DNA of 64,000 nucleotides from an uncultured bacterium (GCA_963749495.1 CAVVMW010000001.1:512001-576000), one strand, 5' to 3'; numbered from the stretch's first letter, positions 1-10,573 are shown. Notes: generated by a model not told the origin, from the letters alone. Translations and numbers: made by a program.

Positions 1-1773
1 AACGTTGCCCCGGACGCCAGCCAGTTGCTCGACAAGATGGTCTCAGCCAAACAATTGTCGGCGACCGACGCCAAGGTCCTGGGCCGCCAGGCCCAAAGCG
101 GGACGGTGCAACCGCTCCACGAAGAGGCGGTGCTGCGGTGGTTGGCCCGCGAATACGACCTGGCCTTCACGACGCTGGAGGACATCGAACCAGACCGCCA
201 GCTTCTCTCGCTGTTCCCCGCCCGCATCCTGCTCAAGGAGGAGTTGCTGCCCCTGCGGCGGCTCAACGGCATCGTCGAGGTGGCCACCAGCCGCCTCTTC
301 GCCACCCAGGGCCTGGATTCGCTCAAGAGCATGACCGGCCTCAACCTCAAGCCGGTCCTGGCCACGGGCGAGGCCATCCAGCGGGAGATGAAAAAGCGCC
401 TGGGGGTGGGCGCCGACACCATCGGCACGCTGGGAGAAGACGGCGCCTTCCAGGTGGTCGAGGAGGGGCCGGGAGAGGACACCGACCTGGATAGCGCGGC
501 GGAGGACGCCTCGATCATCCGGTTCGTCAACCAGGTCCTGCGCGACGCCATCGAGTTGCGCTCCTCGGACATCCACCTGGAGCCCTTCGAGGACGAGTTC
601 CGCATCCGCTACCGCATTGACGGTGTGCTCCAGGAGGTGCCCGTGCCGGCTACGCTCAAGCGCTTCCAGCCCGCCATCGTCTCGCGCGTGAAGATCCTGA
701 GCCACCTCAACATCGCCGAGAAGCGCCTCCCGCAGGATGGCCGCATCAAGATCCGCATCGAAGACGCCGAGGTGGACATCCGCGTCTCGGTCATCCCCAT
801 GCTCCACGGCGAGGCGGTCGTGCTGCGCCTGCTGCGCCAGAACGCCGCCCTGCGCGGCATGGGCGAACTGGACATGGCGGAGCGCGAACTGCACTGCTTC
901 CGCCGCGTCCTCCAGTTGCCCCACGGCATCATCCTGGTCACCGGCCCGACCGGCAGCGGCAAGACCTCCACCCTCTACACCGCCCTCAACGAAATCAACG
1001 ATGCCGACCGCAAGATCATCACCATCGAGGACCCGGTCGAATACCAACTCAAAGGGGTCAACCAAATCCAGGTCTCGGAAAAGGCCGGCCTGACCTTTGC
1101 GCGCGGGCTGCGCTCGATCCTGCGCCACGACCCGGACGTGATTCTCATCGGCGAAATTCGCGACGAGGAGACCGCCCAGATTGCCGTGCAGGCCTCGCTC
1201 ACCGGCCACCTGGTCTTCTCGACCCTCCACACCAATGACGCCCCCGGCGCCCTGACCCGGCTGGTGGACATGGGGGTCGAGCCTTACCTGGTGGCCTCCT
1301 CGCTGGAGGCGGTGCTGGCCCAGCGCCTGGTCCGCGTGCTCTGCGGCCGCTGCAAACAACTGGACGATTCCCCCGCCACGCTCTCCTTCAAACAGACCGT
1401 CGGCATCCCCGCCCAGACCCCCATTTACCGCTCCGTCGGCTGCGAGGAATGCCGCCACACCGGCTTCTACGGGCGCCATGCCATCTTCGAATGGATGAAC
1501 GTCGACGCCGAGACCCGGCAGTTGATCCTCAAGAACGTCTCGAGCGACGTGCTCCTGGAGGCGGCGCGGCGCGCCGGGATGAGCACCCTGGCCCAAGACG
1601 GCTGGCGGCTGGTCCGCCAGGGCATCACGACCGTTGCGGAAGTCCTCAGTGTCACCACCGCCAAGGAGGTCGAACTGACCACGCACAAGCCCGCCCCGCC
1701 CGAGGGCCAGCCCCGCGAGGCCCACCTCTCCCCCGTCATGGCCCCCGGCCGGCACGCGGAGGCGGCAAAATGA
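1..1773 (+). CDS. gspE: Type II secretion ATPase GspE/PulE (5' end lies upstream of the window; frame open from base 1)
   Basis: Walker A GPTGSGKT, TIEDPVEY, LRHDPDVILIGEIRD, TGHLVFSTLHTN, CxxC...CxxC zinc motif; first gene of a gsp operon. Confidence 0.95.
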   Translation, partial: NVAPDASQLLDKMVSAKQLSATDAKVLGRQAQSGTVQPLHEEAVLRWLAREYDLAFTTLEDIEPDRQLLSLFPARILLKEELLPLRRLNGIVEVATSRLFATQGLDSLKSMTGLNLKPVLATGEAIQREMKKRLGVGADTIGTLGEDGAFQVVEEGPGEDTDLDSAAEDASIIRFVNQVLRDAIELRSSDIHLEPFEDEFRIRYRIDGVLQEVPVPATLKRFQPAIVSRVKILSHLNIAEKRLPQDGRIKIRIEDAEVDIRVSVIPMLHGEAVVLRLLRQNAALRGMGELDMAERELHCFRRVLQLPHGIILVTGPTGSGKTSTLYTALNEINDADRKIITIEDPVEYQLKGVNQIQVSEKAGLTFARGLRSILRHDPDVILIGEIRDEETAQIAVQASLTGHLVFSTLHTNDAPGALTRLVDMGVEPYLVASSLEAVLAQRLVRVLCGRCKQLDDSPATLSFKQTVGIPAQTPIYRSVGCEECRHTGFYGRHAIFEWMNVDAETRQLILKNVSSDVLLEAARRAGMSTLAQDGWRLVRQGITTVAEVLSVTTAKEVELTTHKPAPPEGQPREAHLSPVMAPGRHAEAAK

Positions 1774-1801
1774 GGCACTTTAGCCTTTAGCCTTTTCGAC
1801 C

Positions 1802-3048
1802 ATGCCCTTTTTTGAATACAAGGCCTTGCAGGCCGATGGCGCGGTGGCGGAAGGCCGTCTTGAAGCGGCCGGCCGCCAGGAGGCCTTTGCACAAATGTCC
1901 CACCTGGGTCTGAGGCCGGTGAGCCTGTCCGAGGAGGCTGGGGCGGAGTCGCGGAAGAGTGCGGGGCTGCCCGGCTCGGCCAAGTCGCTAACGCTCTTTC
2001 AGCGTTCGCCTCGGGTCTCCGGGCGGGCGCTGGAGAATTTCACGCGGTTGCTCTCGAGCCTGCTGGCGGCGGGAGTGCCGTTGAGCCGGGCGCTGGTGAT
2101 TCTGTACAAGAGGCCTCGACGCCCGCCGCCGCGGCCAAGTGGAAGGAGATCCATGACCTGGTCATCGATGGCATGTCTTTGGCCGACGCGATGGGGAAGT
2201 CGCCGGAGACGTTTCCGCGCGTCTATACGGCGATGGTGCAGGCCGGGGAGACCGGCGGGTTCCTGGACGTGGTGCTGGCGCAGATAGCCGATTTTCAATC
2301 GCGGGAGAAGGACCTGCGGGCGAAGGTGGTGGCGGCGATGCTTTATCCCTGCGTGCTGCTGGTGCTGGCGATCGGGGTGCTGATCTTCCTGCTGACCTTT
2401 TTCATTCCCCGGTTCCAGACGATCTTCACGGGGCTGGGGGCGGCGCTGCCGCTGCCGACGCAGATCATCCTGGGCATCAGCCACCTGCTGCTGCACTACG
2501 GGTTGTACATGGCGGCGGGCGGCTGCCTGGCGGGATTCCTGGTGCGCAATTGGTTCGCCTCGGAGAAGGGCAAGCGGTTGTGGGAGGGCCTGATCCTGCG
2601 CGCCCCGCTGGTGGGCCCGCTGGTGGCCCAGTTCGCCATGGCGCGGTTCTGCCGGATGCTGGGCACGCTGCTGGGCGCCGGGGTGCCGCTGGTCCAGGCC
2701 CTGAACGTCGCCCGCAAGTCCATCGGCAACCAGATCCTGGTGGACGCGGTCTCGGCCTCGATCGAGCGCGTGCAGCAGGGCGGCCAACTCGGCGTGAGCC
2801 TGGCCGACTGCAAGGGCCTGTTCCCCAGTTCGGTCCTGGAGATGATCGCCATCGCCGAAGAGAGCGGACGGCTCGACCAGGAGTTGGTCCGCATCGCCAA
2901 CGTGACCGAGGGCGACCTGGACCGCCACTTGAAGACCGCCGTCGCTTTTGCCGAGCCGCTCATGCTCTTCTTCATCGCCGCCTTCATCGGAACCATCTTC
3001 ATCAGCATGGTGCTGCCGATCTTCACGATGCAGGACAAAATCAAATAA
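1802..3048 (+). CDS. gspF: Type II secretion inner-membrane platform protein GspF (one frameshift near 2110, probably an assembly error)
   Basis: N-part MPFFEYKA...FTRLLSSLLAAGVPL joins ORF 2173..3048 with AGETGG, YP, AEESGRL and EP motifs of GspF/PilC. Confidence 0.92.
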
Positions 3049-3096
3049 ACGCCGATTCACATACTTGCTTAACAACTCCCAAACCCATCACTCATT

Positions 3097-3537
3097 ATGA
3101 AAATCACAATGCCGCACGGCGGGACCCGCACAGCGCGCCGGGGGTTTACCCTGGTGGAGATGCTCCTGGTCCTGGTCATCCTAGCCACGCTGGCTGCCAT
3201 CGTGTACCCCAAAGTCATGGGCCGCAGCAAAGAGGCCAGGATCACCGCCGCCCAGACCCAGATCGCCAACTTCAAGACCGCCCTGAACTTGTTCGAGGTG
3301 GATACGGGCGACTATCCCCGCGGCCGCAACGGCCTGATGGATCTCATCCAAATGCCCCGCAACGTCACCGGTTGGCACGGGCCCTACCTGGACATGATTC
3401 CCAGGGACCCCTGGGGCCAGGACTACATCTATGAATGCCCCGGCAAGCACAACCCCACCTCCTACGACATCAGCTCCGCCGGCCCGCCCGGAGAACAGTT
3501 CCCCATCGGCAACTGGGCGATGGATAACAGCCGGTGA
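3097..3537 (+). CDS. gspG: Major pseudopilin GspG
   Basis: RG|FTLVEMLLVLVIL prepilin site, W.GPYL, DPWG..Y.Y..PG motifs. Confidence 0.95.
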   Translation: MKITMPHGGTRTARRGFTLVEMLLVLVILATLAAIVYPKVMGRSKEARITAAQTQIANFKTALNLFEVDTGDYPRGRNGLMDLIQMPRNVTGWHGPYLDMIPRDPWGQDYIYECPGKHNPTSYDISSAGPPGEQFPIGNWAMDNSR

Positions 3538-3606
3538 ACCCTGCGTGACTCTCATGGCCCCTTGAGAACGTTTCGGACATCGAGTTGGCTCGGGACCGTT
3601 TGGCAC

Positions 3607-3854
3607 CGCGTAGCGGTGCTTGATGGTAGCCGTGGACTTTCAGTCCACGGTCCACAGGCCAAGCATCCATTGCGTTCGCGTAGCGACGCCTGAAGACCGG
3701 GCCGAGCCGCCAGGCGCATTGGATGTTCGCTCGGCCCGACCCGGGTTTCAGGCGCCGGAAGCTATTCAGGCGTCGCTACGCAACGCGCCACGCTTTGGGC
3801 GCTCGAACCGTGGACTGAAGGTCCACGGCTACCTTCATGGCGTCGCTACGCGAC
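3607..3854. repeat. REPIN-like palindromic element (CGCGTAGCG / GTAGCCGTGGACTTTCAGTCCACGG family), copy 1
   Basis: Nested inverted repeats; homologous copy at 9408-9616. Confidence 0.85.
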
Positions 3855-4408
3855 GGTTTCCCCGCGCCTTCACGTTGATTGAGCTCATCCTGGTGATGGC
3901 CATTCTGACCATCGCCGTCTCGGTGAGCGCCCCGACCCTGACGAGGTTTTTCCGCGGGCGCATCCTCAACTCGGAAGCGCGCCGCATGCTGGCCCTGACG
4001 CGCAATGGCCAGAGCCGGGCCGTTTCCGAGGGGCTGCCCATGGACTTGTGGGTCAATGCCGAGGCGGGCCGGTTCGGCCTGGAGGCCGAGCCCAGTTACG
4101 ACAATGCGGACCCCAAGAAGGTGGAGTACACGCTCGACACGGGGCTCCAACTCAAGGTCGAGAAACAAGCCGCACCCCTCGCCGCCAACACGCTATACAG
4201 TTCGAGCCACACGCCCAGCATTGCCAGCGTGCCCCGCATCATGCTGGCCCAGCCGCACCTGCCGACCATCCGGTTCCTGCCCGACGGCTCGCTCGGCCCC
4301 GACAGCCCCCAATCTCTCTGCCTGATCGCCCGCGACGGTTCCGCCCTCTGGCTCAAGCAGTCCCGCAACCGGCTCAGTTATGAAATCAAGAGCGATCCCG
4401 AAGACTAG
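3620..4408 (+). CDS. gspH: Minor pseudopilin GspH/FimT-like; the leader peptide is repeat-derived and the start is uncertain
   Basis: RA|FTLIELILVMAIL prepilin motif; I.F.PDGS motif; position after gspG. Confidence 0.75.
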   Translation: MMVAVDFQSTVHRPSIHCVRVATPEDRAEPPGALDVRSARPGFQAPEAIQASLRNAPRFGRSNRGLKVHGYLHGVATRRFPRAFTLIELILVMAILTIAVSVSAPTLTRFFRGRILNSEARRMLALTRNGQSRAVSEGLPMDLWVNAEAGRFGLEAEPSYDNADPKKVEYTLDTGLQLKVEKQAAPLAANTLYSSSHTPSIASVPRIMLAQPHLPTIRFLPDGSLGPDSPQSLCLIARDGSALWLKQSRNRLSYEIKSDPED

Positions 4409-4877
4409 CGAGGCAGGGCCCCAGACGGTGGCTCGGGCATCCTGCCCAAGCCCCCACGGGCAGGATGCCCGTGCCACAAACTCTAGCCGCGGCGCGGGCT
4501 TCACGCTGGCCGAGGTGCTGGCGGCCTTGCTCCTGATGGCCATCGTCATCCCGGTCGCCACCGAGGGAATGCGCATCGCCAGCCTGGCCGGCTCGGTGGC
4601 CGCGCGCAAGGGCGAGGCCGCCCGCGTGGCCCAGCGCGTCCTCAACGACAACCTCGTCACCACCAACTGGATGCAGTCCTTTCAAAGCGGCTCCGCCCAG
4701 GAGGGCCAGCGCCAATTCCGCTGGACGCTCCGCGGCGAAAACTGGACCGAGGACCCCAACCAGAGCGCCATGCAACTGCTCTCGATCGAGGTCTTCTTTA
4801 CCGCCCAGAACCGCGAATTCTCCGTGCGCATGAGCACGCTGGTCGATACCACCACGCTCTTGGGCACCAACCAATGA
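4380..4877 (+). CDS. gspI: Minor pseudopilin GspI-like
   Basis: AG|FTLAEVLAALLL prepilin motif; operon order. Confidence 0.7.
   Translation: MKSRAIPKTSEAGPQTVARASCPSPHGQDARATNSSRGAGFTLAEVLAALLLMAIVIPVATEGMRIASLAGSVAARKGEAARVAQRVLNDNLVTTNWMQSFQSGSAQEGQRQFRWTLRGENWTEDPNQSAMQLLSIEVFFTAQNREFSVRMSTLVDTTTLLGTNQ
4428..4477. repeat. 20-bp-stem palindrome (GTGGCxCGGGCATCCTGCCC family) in frame in the GspI leader
   Basis: 4428-4447 vs 4458-4477 inverted, 1 mismatch. Confidence 0.8.
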
Positions 4878-5677
4878 AAACCCTGCCGCCTCGATGCTAC
4901 ACGAGCGGGTCAGACTCGTCGGACCTGTCAGACCGGTCGGACTGGTCGGACCGCTGCCCAGAGCCCTTCAAACGAGACGGCACGTCTCACGTTTCACGTT
5001 TCACGTTTCACGCCTCTTCCTTCACCCTCATCGAGGTGCTCCTGGCCCTTGCGATTTGCGCCATCGTGCTGGTGGCCATCAACGCGGTGTTTGCCACCGC
5101 CGTGCATTTGCGCGATCGCACAGCCGCCAACGTCAACCAGACCATCCCGGTCAACCAGGCGCTGGACATCGTGTCCCGCGACCTCAAGAGTGTGGCCGGG
5201 CCGCACGGCTTCCTGGCCGGGGACTTCAAATGCGATGCCCAAACCATGGGCCAGAACATGGGCCTGAGCGCCTCGGGCGGCAACGGCCTGGATTTCTTCA
5301 CCTCGACCGGCGTCATCAGCGAGTCGTCGCCCTTTGGCAACCTCCAGGAGGTTTATTACCAATTGATGCCGGCCGCCAAGGGCAACAGGGCCCTGGGCAT
5401 GGATTTCGTCCGTTGCGTCAACCGCAACCTCCTGGCCACCACCCTCCAGACCCCGGACATCCAGATCCTGCTCACGGACATCGAGAGCGCCGACTTCGAG
5501 TGCTACGACGGCTCTATGTGGCGCAACTGGGACACCAGTGTCACTGATACCAACCTGCCGACCGCCGTCCGCATCCGCCTCCAGCAGGCCGTGGACCCCA
5601 ACCTGAACAACGCCAGACCCCCGGCCTTGGAACTCATCGTGCCGCTGACCACCCAAACCCGGAGCACCAACTCGTGA
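4874..5677 (+). CDS. gspJ: Minor pseudopilin GspJ-like; the leader contains 9-mer and 7-mer tandem repeats
   Basis: S|FTLIEVLLALAI motif, C-terminal LPTAVRIRL typical of GspJ; ATGA overlap with upstream gene. Confidence 0.75.
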   Translation: MKTLPPRCYTSGSDSSDLSDRSDWSDRCPEPFKRDGTSHVSRFTFHASSFTLIEVLLALAICAIVLVAINAVFATAVHLRDRTAANVNQTIPVNQALDIVSRDLKSVAGPHGFLAGDFKCDAQTMGQNMGLSASGGNGLDFFTSTGVISESSPFGNLQEVYYQLMPAAKGNRALGMDFVRCVNRNLLATTLQTPDIQILLTDIESADFECYDGSMWRNWDTSVTDTNLPTAVRIRLQQAVDPNLNNARPPALELIVPLTTQTRSTNS

Positions 5678-7183
5678 CCCAAGATTGCTCCATTCAGAAA
5701 TCGTCGAGGCCCGCCCGCAGCGGCGCCCAGCGCGGGTCGGTCCTGGTCATCGTGCTTTGGATCACCTTCGGGCTGATCAGCCTGTCCCTCTATTTCGCCA
5801 ACTCGATGACCTTCGAGTTGCGCGCCTCCGACAACCGGGTGGCCGCCCAGGCCGCCGAGCAGGCCATCGAGGGCGCCGTCCGCTACATCAACTACCTCCT
5901 CACCACGCAGATAGCCAACGGCTCCAATGGGTGGATGCTCGACCCCGCCACGTATGCCAACCAGGCCGTGCCGATCGGCAGCGCCCGGGTCTGGCTCATC
6001 GGGCGCGACACCAACATCGTCACGTCCGGTCCGGGCCACCTCTGTTTCGGGCTGGTGGACGAGGCCTCCAAGCTCAACCTCAATTCCCTGCTCAACAAAG
6101 CCACCACCTTCAGCAACCAGTTGATATGGCTGCCCACCATGACCCTGGACCTGGCCCAAGCCATCCTCGACTGGCGCGACACCAACGGCACCGGCGCCAC
6201 CGTCACCTACTACTCCATGCAGCAGCCCCCGTACCTCTGCAAAGACGACCCCTTCGAGACCGTGGACGAACTGCGCATGGTCTATGGCGCCGACATGGAC
6301 GTGCTCATCGGCGAGGATGCCAATCGCAACGGCGTCCTGGACCCCAACGAGACCGACGCGAACCAGAACAACATGCTCGACCCCGGCGTGCTGGAGTACG
6401 TGACGGTCTATAGCCGTGAGCCCGTCAGCAGCAGCGCCGTTAACCTGAGCAATCTGGGCAGCGGCGCCCCCGGCTTGTACGGCCTCCTGCAGACCAATTT
6501 GCCCAGCGGCCGCGCCGATCAGATCTTCGCCAGGCTGGGCCTTTCCGCAGGCGGGGGTGCGGGCGGGCGGACCACCACCGGCGGGGCCGGCGGTCGTGGC
6601 GGGACAGGCGGTGCTGGCGGGGCCGGGGGTGCCGCTGGCGGCAGGATGGTTGCCGCCGCCGCCGCCACCGTCAGCTTCACCAGTCCCTTGCAGTTCTATG
6701 TCCGCAGCGGGATGAGCTTGACCGAGTTTGCCCTCATTGCCACCAATCTGAGCACCACCTCCAACAGCACCATCGATGGGCGCGTGAACGTGAATACCGC
6801 CAGCGCCGCCGGTACTCACCTGCCTGCTGGCCGGCGACTCCTCCGCCGCCCAGCAACTGATCGACTACCGCATGAGCAGCCCCGATAACCTGACCTCGGT
6901 CGCCTGGGTGGCCGATGCCCTGGGCCAGAACTCCCCGGATGCCTTGGCTGCCGTCCAGGCCGGCGACTTTCTCACCACCCAGAGCTACCAGTTCACTGCG
7001 GACGTCGCCGCCCTGGGCCCCTTCGGCCGCGGTTACAAACGCATCAAGTTCGTGTTCGACACCAGCACTGGCACCCCCCAGGTCATTTATCGCCAGGACC
7101 TCACCAACCTCGGTTGGGCCCTGGGCAAAGAGATTCGCCAGAATTACGTCCTGGCTCATAACGATAACCGGAACAGAAGATGA
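5674..7183 (+). CDS. gspK: Minor pseudopilin GspK (frameshift near 6810)
   Basis: RG|SVLVIVLW, DEASKLNLN, AILDWRD, FETVDEL..V.G, GRVNVNTAS motifs; continues in ORF 6872..7183. Confidence 0.85.
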
Positions 7184-7225
7184 AGCGGCAATCCGCAAAT
7201 CCAATTCCAGACCTTTGTGGCTGCC

Positions 7226-7313
7226 GACCTTTGTCGCAGCCTTTGTCGCGGCCTTTGTCGCATTGGCGGCTTTGCACAAAGGCCCCGACAAAGGCCCCGA
7301 CAAAGGTTGCGAC
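7226..7313. repeat. Tandem-plus-inverted 12-mer element (CCTTTGTCGCAG)n ... (CGACAAAGG)n
   Basis: One of 7 copies in the window. Confidence 0.85.
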
Positions 7314-7328
7314 GGAGTTTTCCATGCT

Positions 7329-8768
7329 ATGATCCCCTCTTTCCCCCTGACCAAGAAACGCAAGCGGCTCTCCTCAGTGCTCGGGCTGACGCTGGATGGG
7401 AGCCGGCTGGAGGGCCTGGTCGTGCAGCGCGGCCTGGGCGGCTTGCAGGTGCGGCAGACCTTCTCGGTCTCCCTCTCGTTGGACCCGCTGACCAATGCGC
7501 CGGAGCTGGTCGGGCGCGAGATTCGCAACCATCTGGAGGCGGCCGGGGTGCGCGAGCACCAGTGCGTGGTGGGCCTGCCGCTCAAGTGGGCGCTGGCCAC
7601 GCACGTCGAGGTGCCTGACCTGCCGGAGGGGGACGTAGCCAGCTTCCTGAACATCGAGGCGGAGCGGGGTTTTCCGTGCAACGTGCAGTCGCTGCACGTG
7701 GTGAGCTGCCGCTGCCGGCCGCCCGGCGGCAAACAGCAGGCCCTGCTGGTCGGCATCCCCAGGAACCACGTGGCCCTCCTGGAACAAGCCCTGCGCGCGG
7801 CCCGGCTCAGGCCGGCCAGCTTCTCGCTGGGCATCACCGCCCTGCAACCGGCCGGCCCCGTGGCCGCCGCCGGCGAACTGGCCCTGGCTGTCGGCGAGAG
7901 CCACGTGGCCTTGCAGGTCACCTGCGCCGGGGGCGTGGCCGCCCTGCGCGCCCTCGAGGGCGCCATGGAGATGCAGGGCGCCCAGCACGTGCTCCATGCG
8001 GACGTCGTCGCCCGCGAGGCCCGCATCACCCTGGGCCAGCTCCCGCCCGACATCCGCCAGGCCGTCCGCCGCGTCCGCATCTTCGGCCCGCGCGACCTGG
8101 CCCAGCAACTGGCCGATGAGATGGAATTGCGCTTCGAACCCATGGGCCTGGAAATCGAATCGGTGACCCGTTTCGATGCCAGCCGGTTCGGCATCCAGGT
8201 CCCGGCCGACGCGCCCGTTTCCCCCGCCTTCGCCCTGGCCGCCGCCCTGCTGGCCGGAGAGGCCACGCCCTTCGAGTTTCTCCCGCCCCGCGTCAGTCCC
8301 TTGCGGCAGATGGCTGCCCGTTGCGCCTCGGGCAAGGCCCGCACCACCGCCGCCGTCGCCGGTTCGGTCGCCCTGCTCGCCGGCGCCCTGTTCTTCTACC
8401 AGCAATGGCGGATGTGGGGCCTGGAGGCCCAGTGGAAGAACATGTCCGTCAAGTGTACCGAACTTCAGGCCATCCAGGCCAATATCAACCAATACCGCGC
8501 CTGGTACGACGAGTCGGTCAAGGGCCTGACCATCCTGCGCACCCTGAGCCAGAAATTCCCTGAAGACGGCTCCGTCACCGCCAAGACGGTCAATATCACC
8601 GAACTCAAGAACATCTCCTGCAGCGGCGTGGCAAAGAACTACCCCGCCCTCCTCCAGACCCTGGCGCGCCTGCGCGCCCTCAAGGAGGTCCGCGATGTGA
8701 AGCTGGTCTGGACGCGCGGCCAGGCCCCCGCCATGACGTTCGATTTCAGTTTCACCTGGAACCAGTGA
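7329..8768 (+). CDS. GspL/PilM-PilN-like assembly platform protein
   Basis: Actin-like N-terminus (VLGLTLDGSRL), FEFLPP then a TM helix, coiled coil and ferredoxin-like C-terminus; operon position. Confidence 0.7.
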   Translation: MIPSFPLTKKRKRLSSVLGLTLDGSRLEGLVVQRGLGGLQVRQTFSVSLSLDPLTNAPELVGREIRNHLEAAGVREHQCVVGLPLKWALATHVEVPDLPEGDVASFLNIEAERGFPCNVQSLHVVSCRCRPPGGKQQALLVGIPRNHVALLEQALRAARLRPASFSLGITALQPAGPVAAAGELALAVGESHVALQVTCAGGVAALRALEGAMEMQGAQHVLHADVVAREARITLGQLPPDIRQAVRRVRIFGPRDLAQQLADEMELRFEPMGLEIESVTRFDASRFGIQVPADAPVSPAFALAAALLAGEATPFEFLPPRVSPLRQMAARCASGKARTTAAVAGSVALLAGALFFYQQWRMWGLEAQWKNMSVKCTELQAIQANINQYRAWYDESVKGLTILRTLSQKFPEDGSVTAKTVNITELKNISCSGVAKNYPALLQTLARLRALKEVRDVKLVWTRGQAPAMTFDFSFTWNQ

Positions 8769-8775
8769 GGCAACC

Positions 8776-9312
8776 GTGCAAATCAAAAACCGACAGCAGC
8801 TCCTCATCGTCCTGACCCTCGGCGTCGTCGCCTTGTTTGCCGCCGACAAGATCCTCCTCAGCCCGCTGCTCAAGGTCTGGGACGCGCGCGGGAAAAGGAT
8901 TGCGCAACTGCGCACACAAGTGGACCAGGGCAAGCTCCTCCTGGTCCGCGAGCGGGGCCTCCGCGATCACTGGCGCCAGATCTCCTCGGGGTCCCTCACC
9001 AACGATCCCTCCGCCGCCATCGAGCAGGTCCACCAGGCCATCAATCAATGGGCCCAGGACAGCGGCGTGAGCCTGGTCGGCATCAACCCCCAATGGAAAA
9101 CCGAGACCGACAATTACTCGACTTACGAGTGCCACATCAATGCCTCCGGCGACCTGGCCCGCTTGACCCGCTTCCTCTACGGCGCCGAACGAGAACCCAT
9201 CGCCTTGAGGTTCCAGTCCATCAGCCTCGCCGCCCGCGACAAGGAAGGCAAACAACTCTCCCTGGGCCTCCAGGTCAGCGCCCTCATCCTCACACCACCA
9301 ACCAGCCGATGA
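8776..9312 (+). CDS. GspM/PilO-like protein
   Basis: N-terminal TM, coiled coil, GD...LTRFLY..E pattern; follows the GspL-like gene. Confidence 0.7.
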   Translation: MQIKNRQQLLIVLTLGVVALFAADKILLSPLLKVWDARGKRIAQLRTQVDQGKLLLVRERGLRDHWRQISSGSLTNDPSAAIEQVHQAINQWAQDSGVSLVGINPQWKTETDNYSTYECHINASGDLARLTRFLYGAEREPIALRFQSISLAARDKEGKQLSLGLQVSALILTPPTSR

Positions 9313-10568
9313 AACCGATACTTTCGCAGGATTCCAGGGCCGCACGTCACCGCGTAGCGCTGCTCGATGGCCGTCCGGTTCCACAGCAGTTCAGGGTCGC
9401 ACCTCACCGCGTAGCGGTGGCTGAAGGTAGCCGTGGACTTTCAGTCCACGGATCCTCGGTCCTGGGCCGGCAGCGTCGCGTAGCGACGCCTGAAAACAGG
9501 CCTCGGTCTCGCAGCGCCCAGCTCTCAAGCGTCGCTACGCGACGCGGGGCCCTGCGGCCGCCCGAAACCGTGGACTGGAAGTCCACGGCTACCTTGAGGG
9601 CGTCGCTACGCAACGCAATCTGGGCGGCGGATTGTGAGCAGGGGACACTCTCCACGCGCCATGCTCGACGCTTGGGTTGCGGTTTGGCCTCGCTCCTCCT
9701 CTTTCTTTGCCTCCTGGCGGCCTCCCCCGCCATTGCCCAGCAGGACGAGCCGGCGGCCCCGACGACCCTGCCCCCGGCGACCGAACTGCCCGTGCAGGGG
9801 GTCACCAACGGGCTGCCTGAGACCGAGCCGATTGGACAGACCAACGACCTGAGCGGCGTCGAGGAGGCGCTCGGGGCCGCCGCCGCCGCCCAAACCGAGG
9901 CCGCTGACTCTGCTCAAAGCGATGGCCAGACGGCGGCCGGCGATGCGGGCCAAGGCAAGAACCGCCGGGGCGGCAACCGCGCCTTAGACGGCCGGCAAGC
10001 CCGCAAAAATCGTTTCGCCCGCGAGCAAGGCCGCAGCCGCTCCTCTTCGGGTTCCGGTTCGCGGTCGGCCTCGGCCGCCAACGGCACCAACAGCCTGGAC
10101 TACGCCGCCTTCAGAATCATTGCCGAGCTCAACATCTTCGACCCCAATCGCCAGCCCAGGCTGCGACCGCGCGAGCCGCAGGCCCCCCCCACCGAGTATT
10201 TCGCCCTGGTGGGCACAATGACCTACGACAAGGGCACCTTCGCTTTCTTCAGCGGCAGCAACTCCCGATACGAGAAGGCCCTCAAGCTGGCTGATTCCAT
10301 CGCCGGCTTCAAGCTCGCCCACATTACGCCGGATGCCGTCAGGCTGGCCGCCGGCACCAACCAGGTCGAGCTGCACATGGGCATGATCATGCGCCGCGAA
10401 CAGGCCGGGCCCTGGCACCCGTCGGCCGTGCCTTCCGATTCCCTGCCCAGCCTCTCTGCCGCCTCAACTTCCAGTGCAGAATCCACGGCCAGCACCGGCG
10501 CCGCCCCCAGCGGCGCCGAGGCCGAAATCCTTAAACGCATGATGCAGCGACACGAACGCGGCGAATAA
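9309..10568 (+). CDS. T2SS-associated exported protein (GspC position); the N-terminus contains an in-frame REPIN
   Basis: ATGA-coupled to upstream gene; hydrophobic signal ending AIA; NIFDPNR, LVGTM and 'ILKRMMQR' tail as in GspC-like proteins. Confidence 0.6.
   Translation: MKPILSQDSRAARHRVALLDGRPVPQQFRVAPHRVAVAEGSRGLSVHGSSVLGRQRRVATPENRPRSRSAQLSSVATRRGALRPPETVDWKSTATLRASLRNAIWAADCEQGTLSTRHARRLGCGLASLLLFLCLLAASPAIAQQDEPAAPTTLPPATELPVQGVTNGLPETEPIGQTNDLSGVEEALGAAAAAQTEAADSAQSDGQTAAGDAGQGKNRRGGNRALDGRQARKNRFAREQGRSRSSSGSGSRSASAANGTNSLDYAAFRIIAELNIFDPNRQPRLRPREPQAPPTEYFALVGTMTYDKGTFAFFSGSNSRYEKALKLADSIAGFKLAHITPDAVRLAAGTNQVELHMGMIMRREQAGPWHPSAVPSDSLPSLSAASTSSAESTASTGAAPSGAEAEILKRMMQRHERGE
9408..9616. 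repeat. REPIN-like palindromic element, copy 2 (partial extra unit at ~9351)
   Basis: Same motifs as 3607-3854. Confidence 0.85.
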
Positions 10569-10573
10569 CTCCT

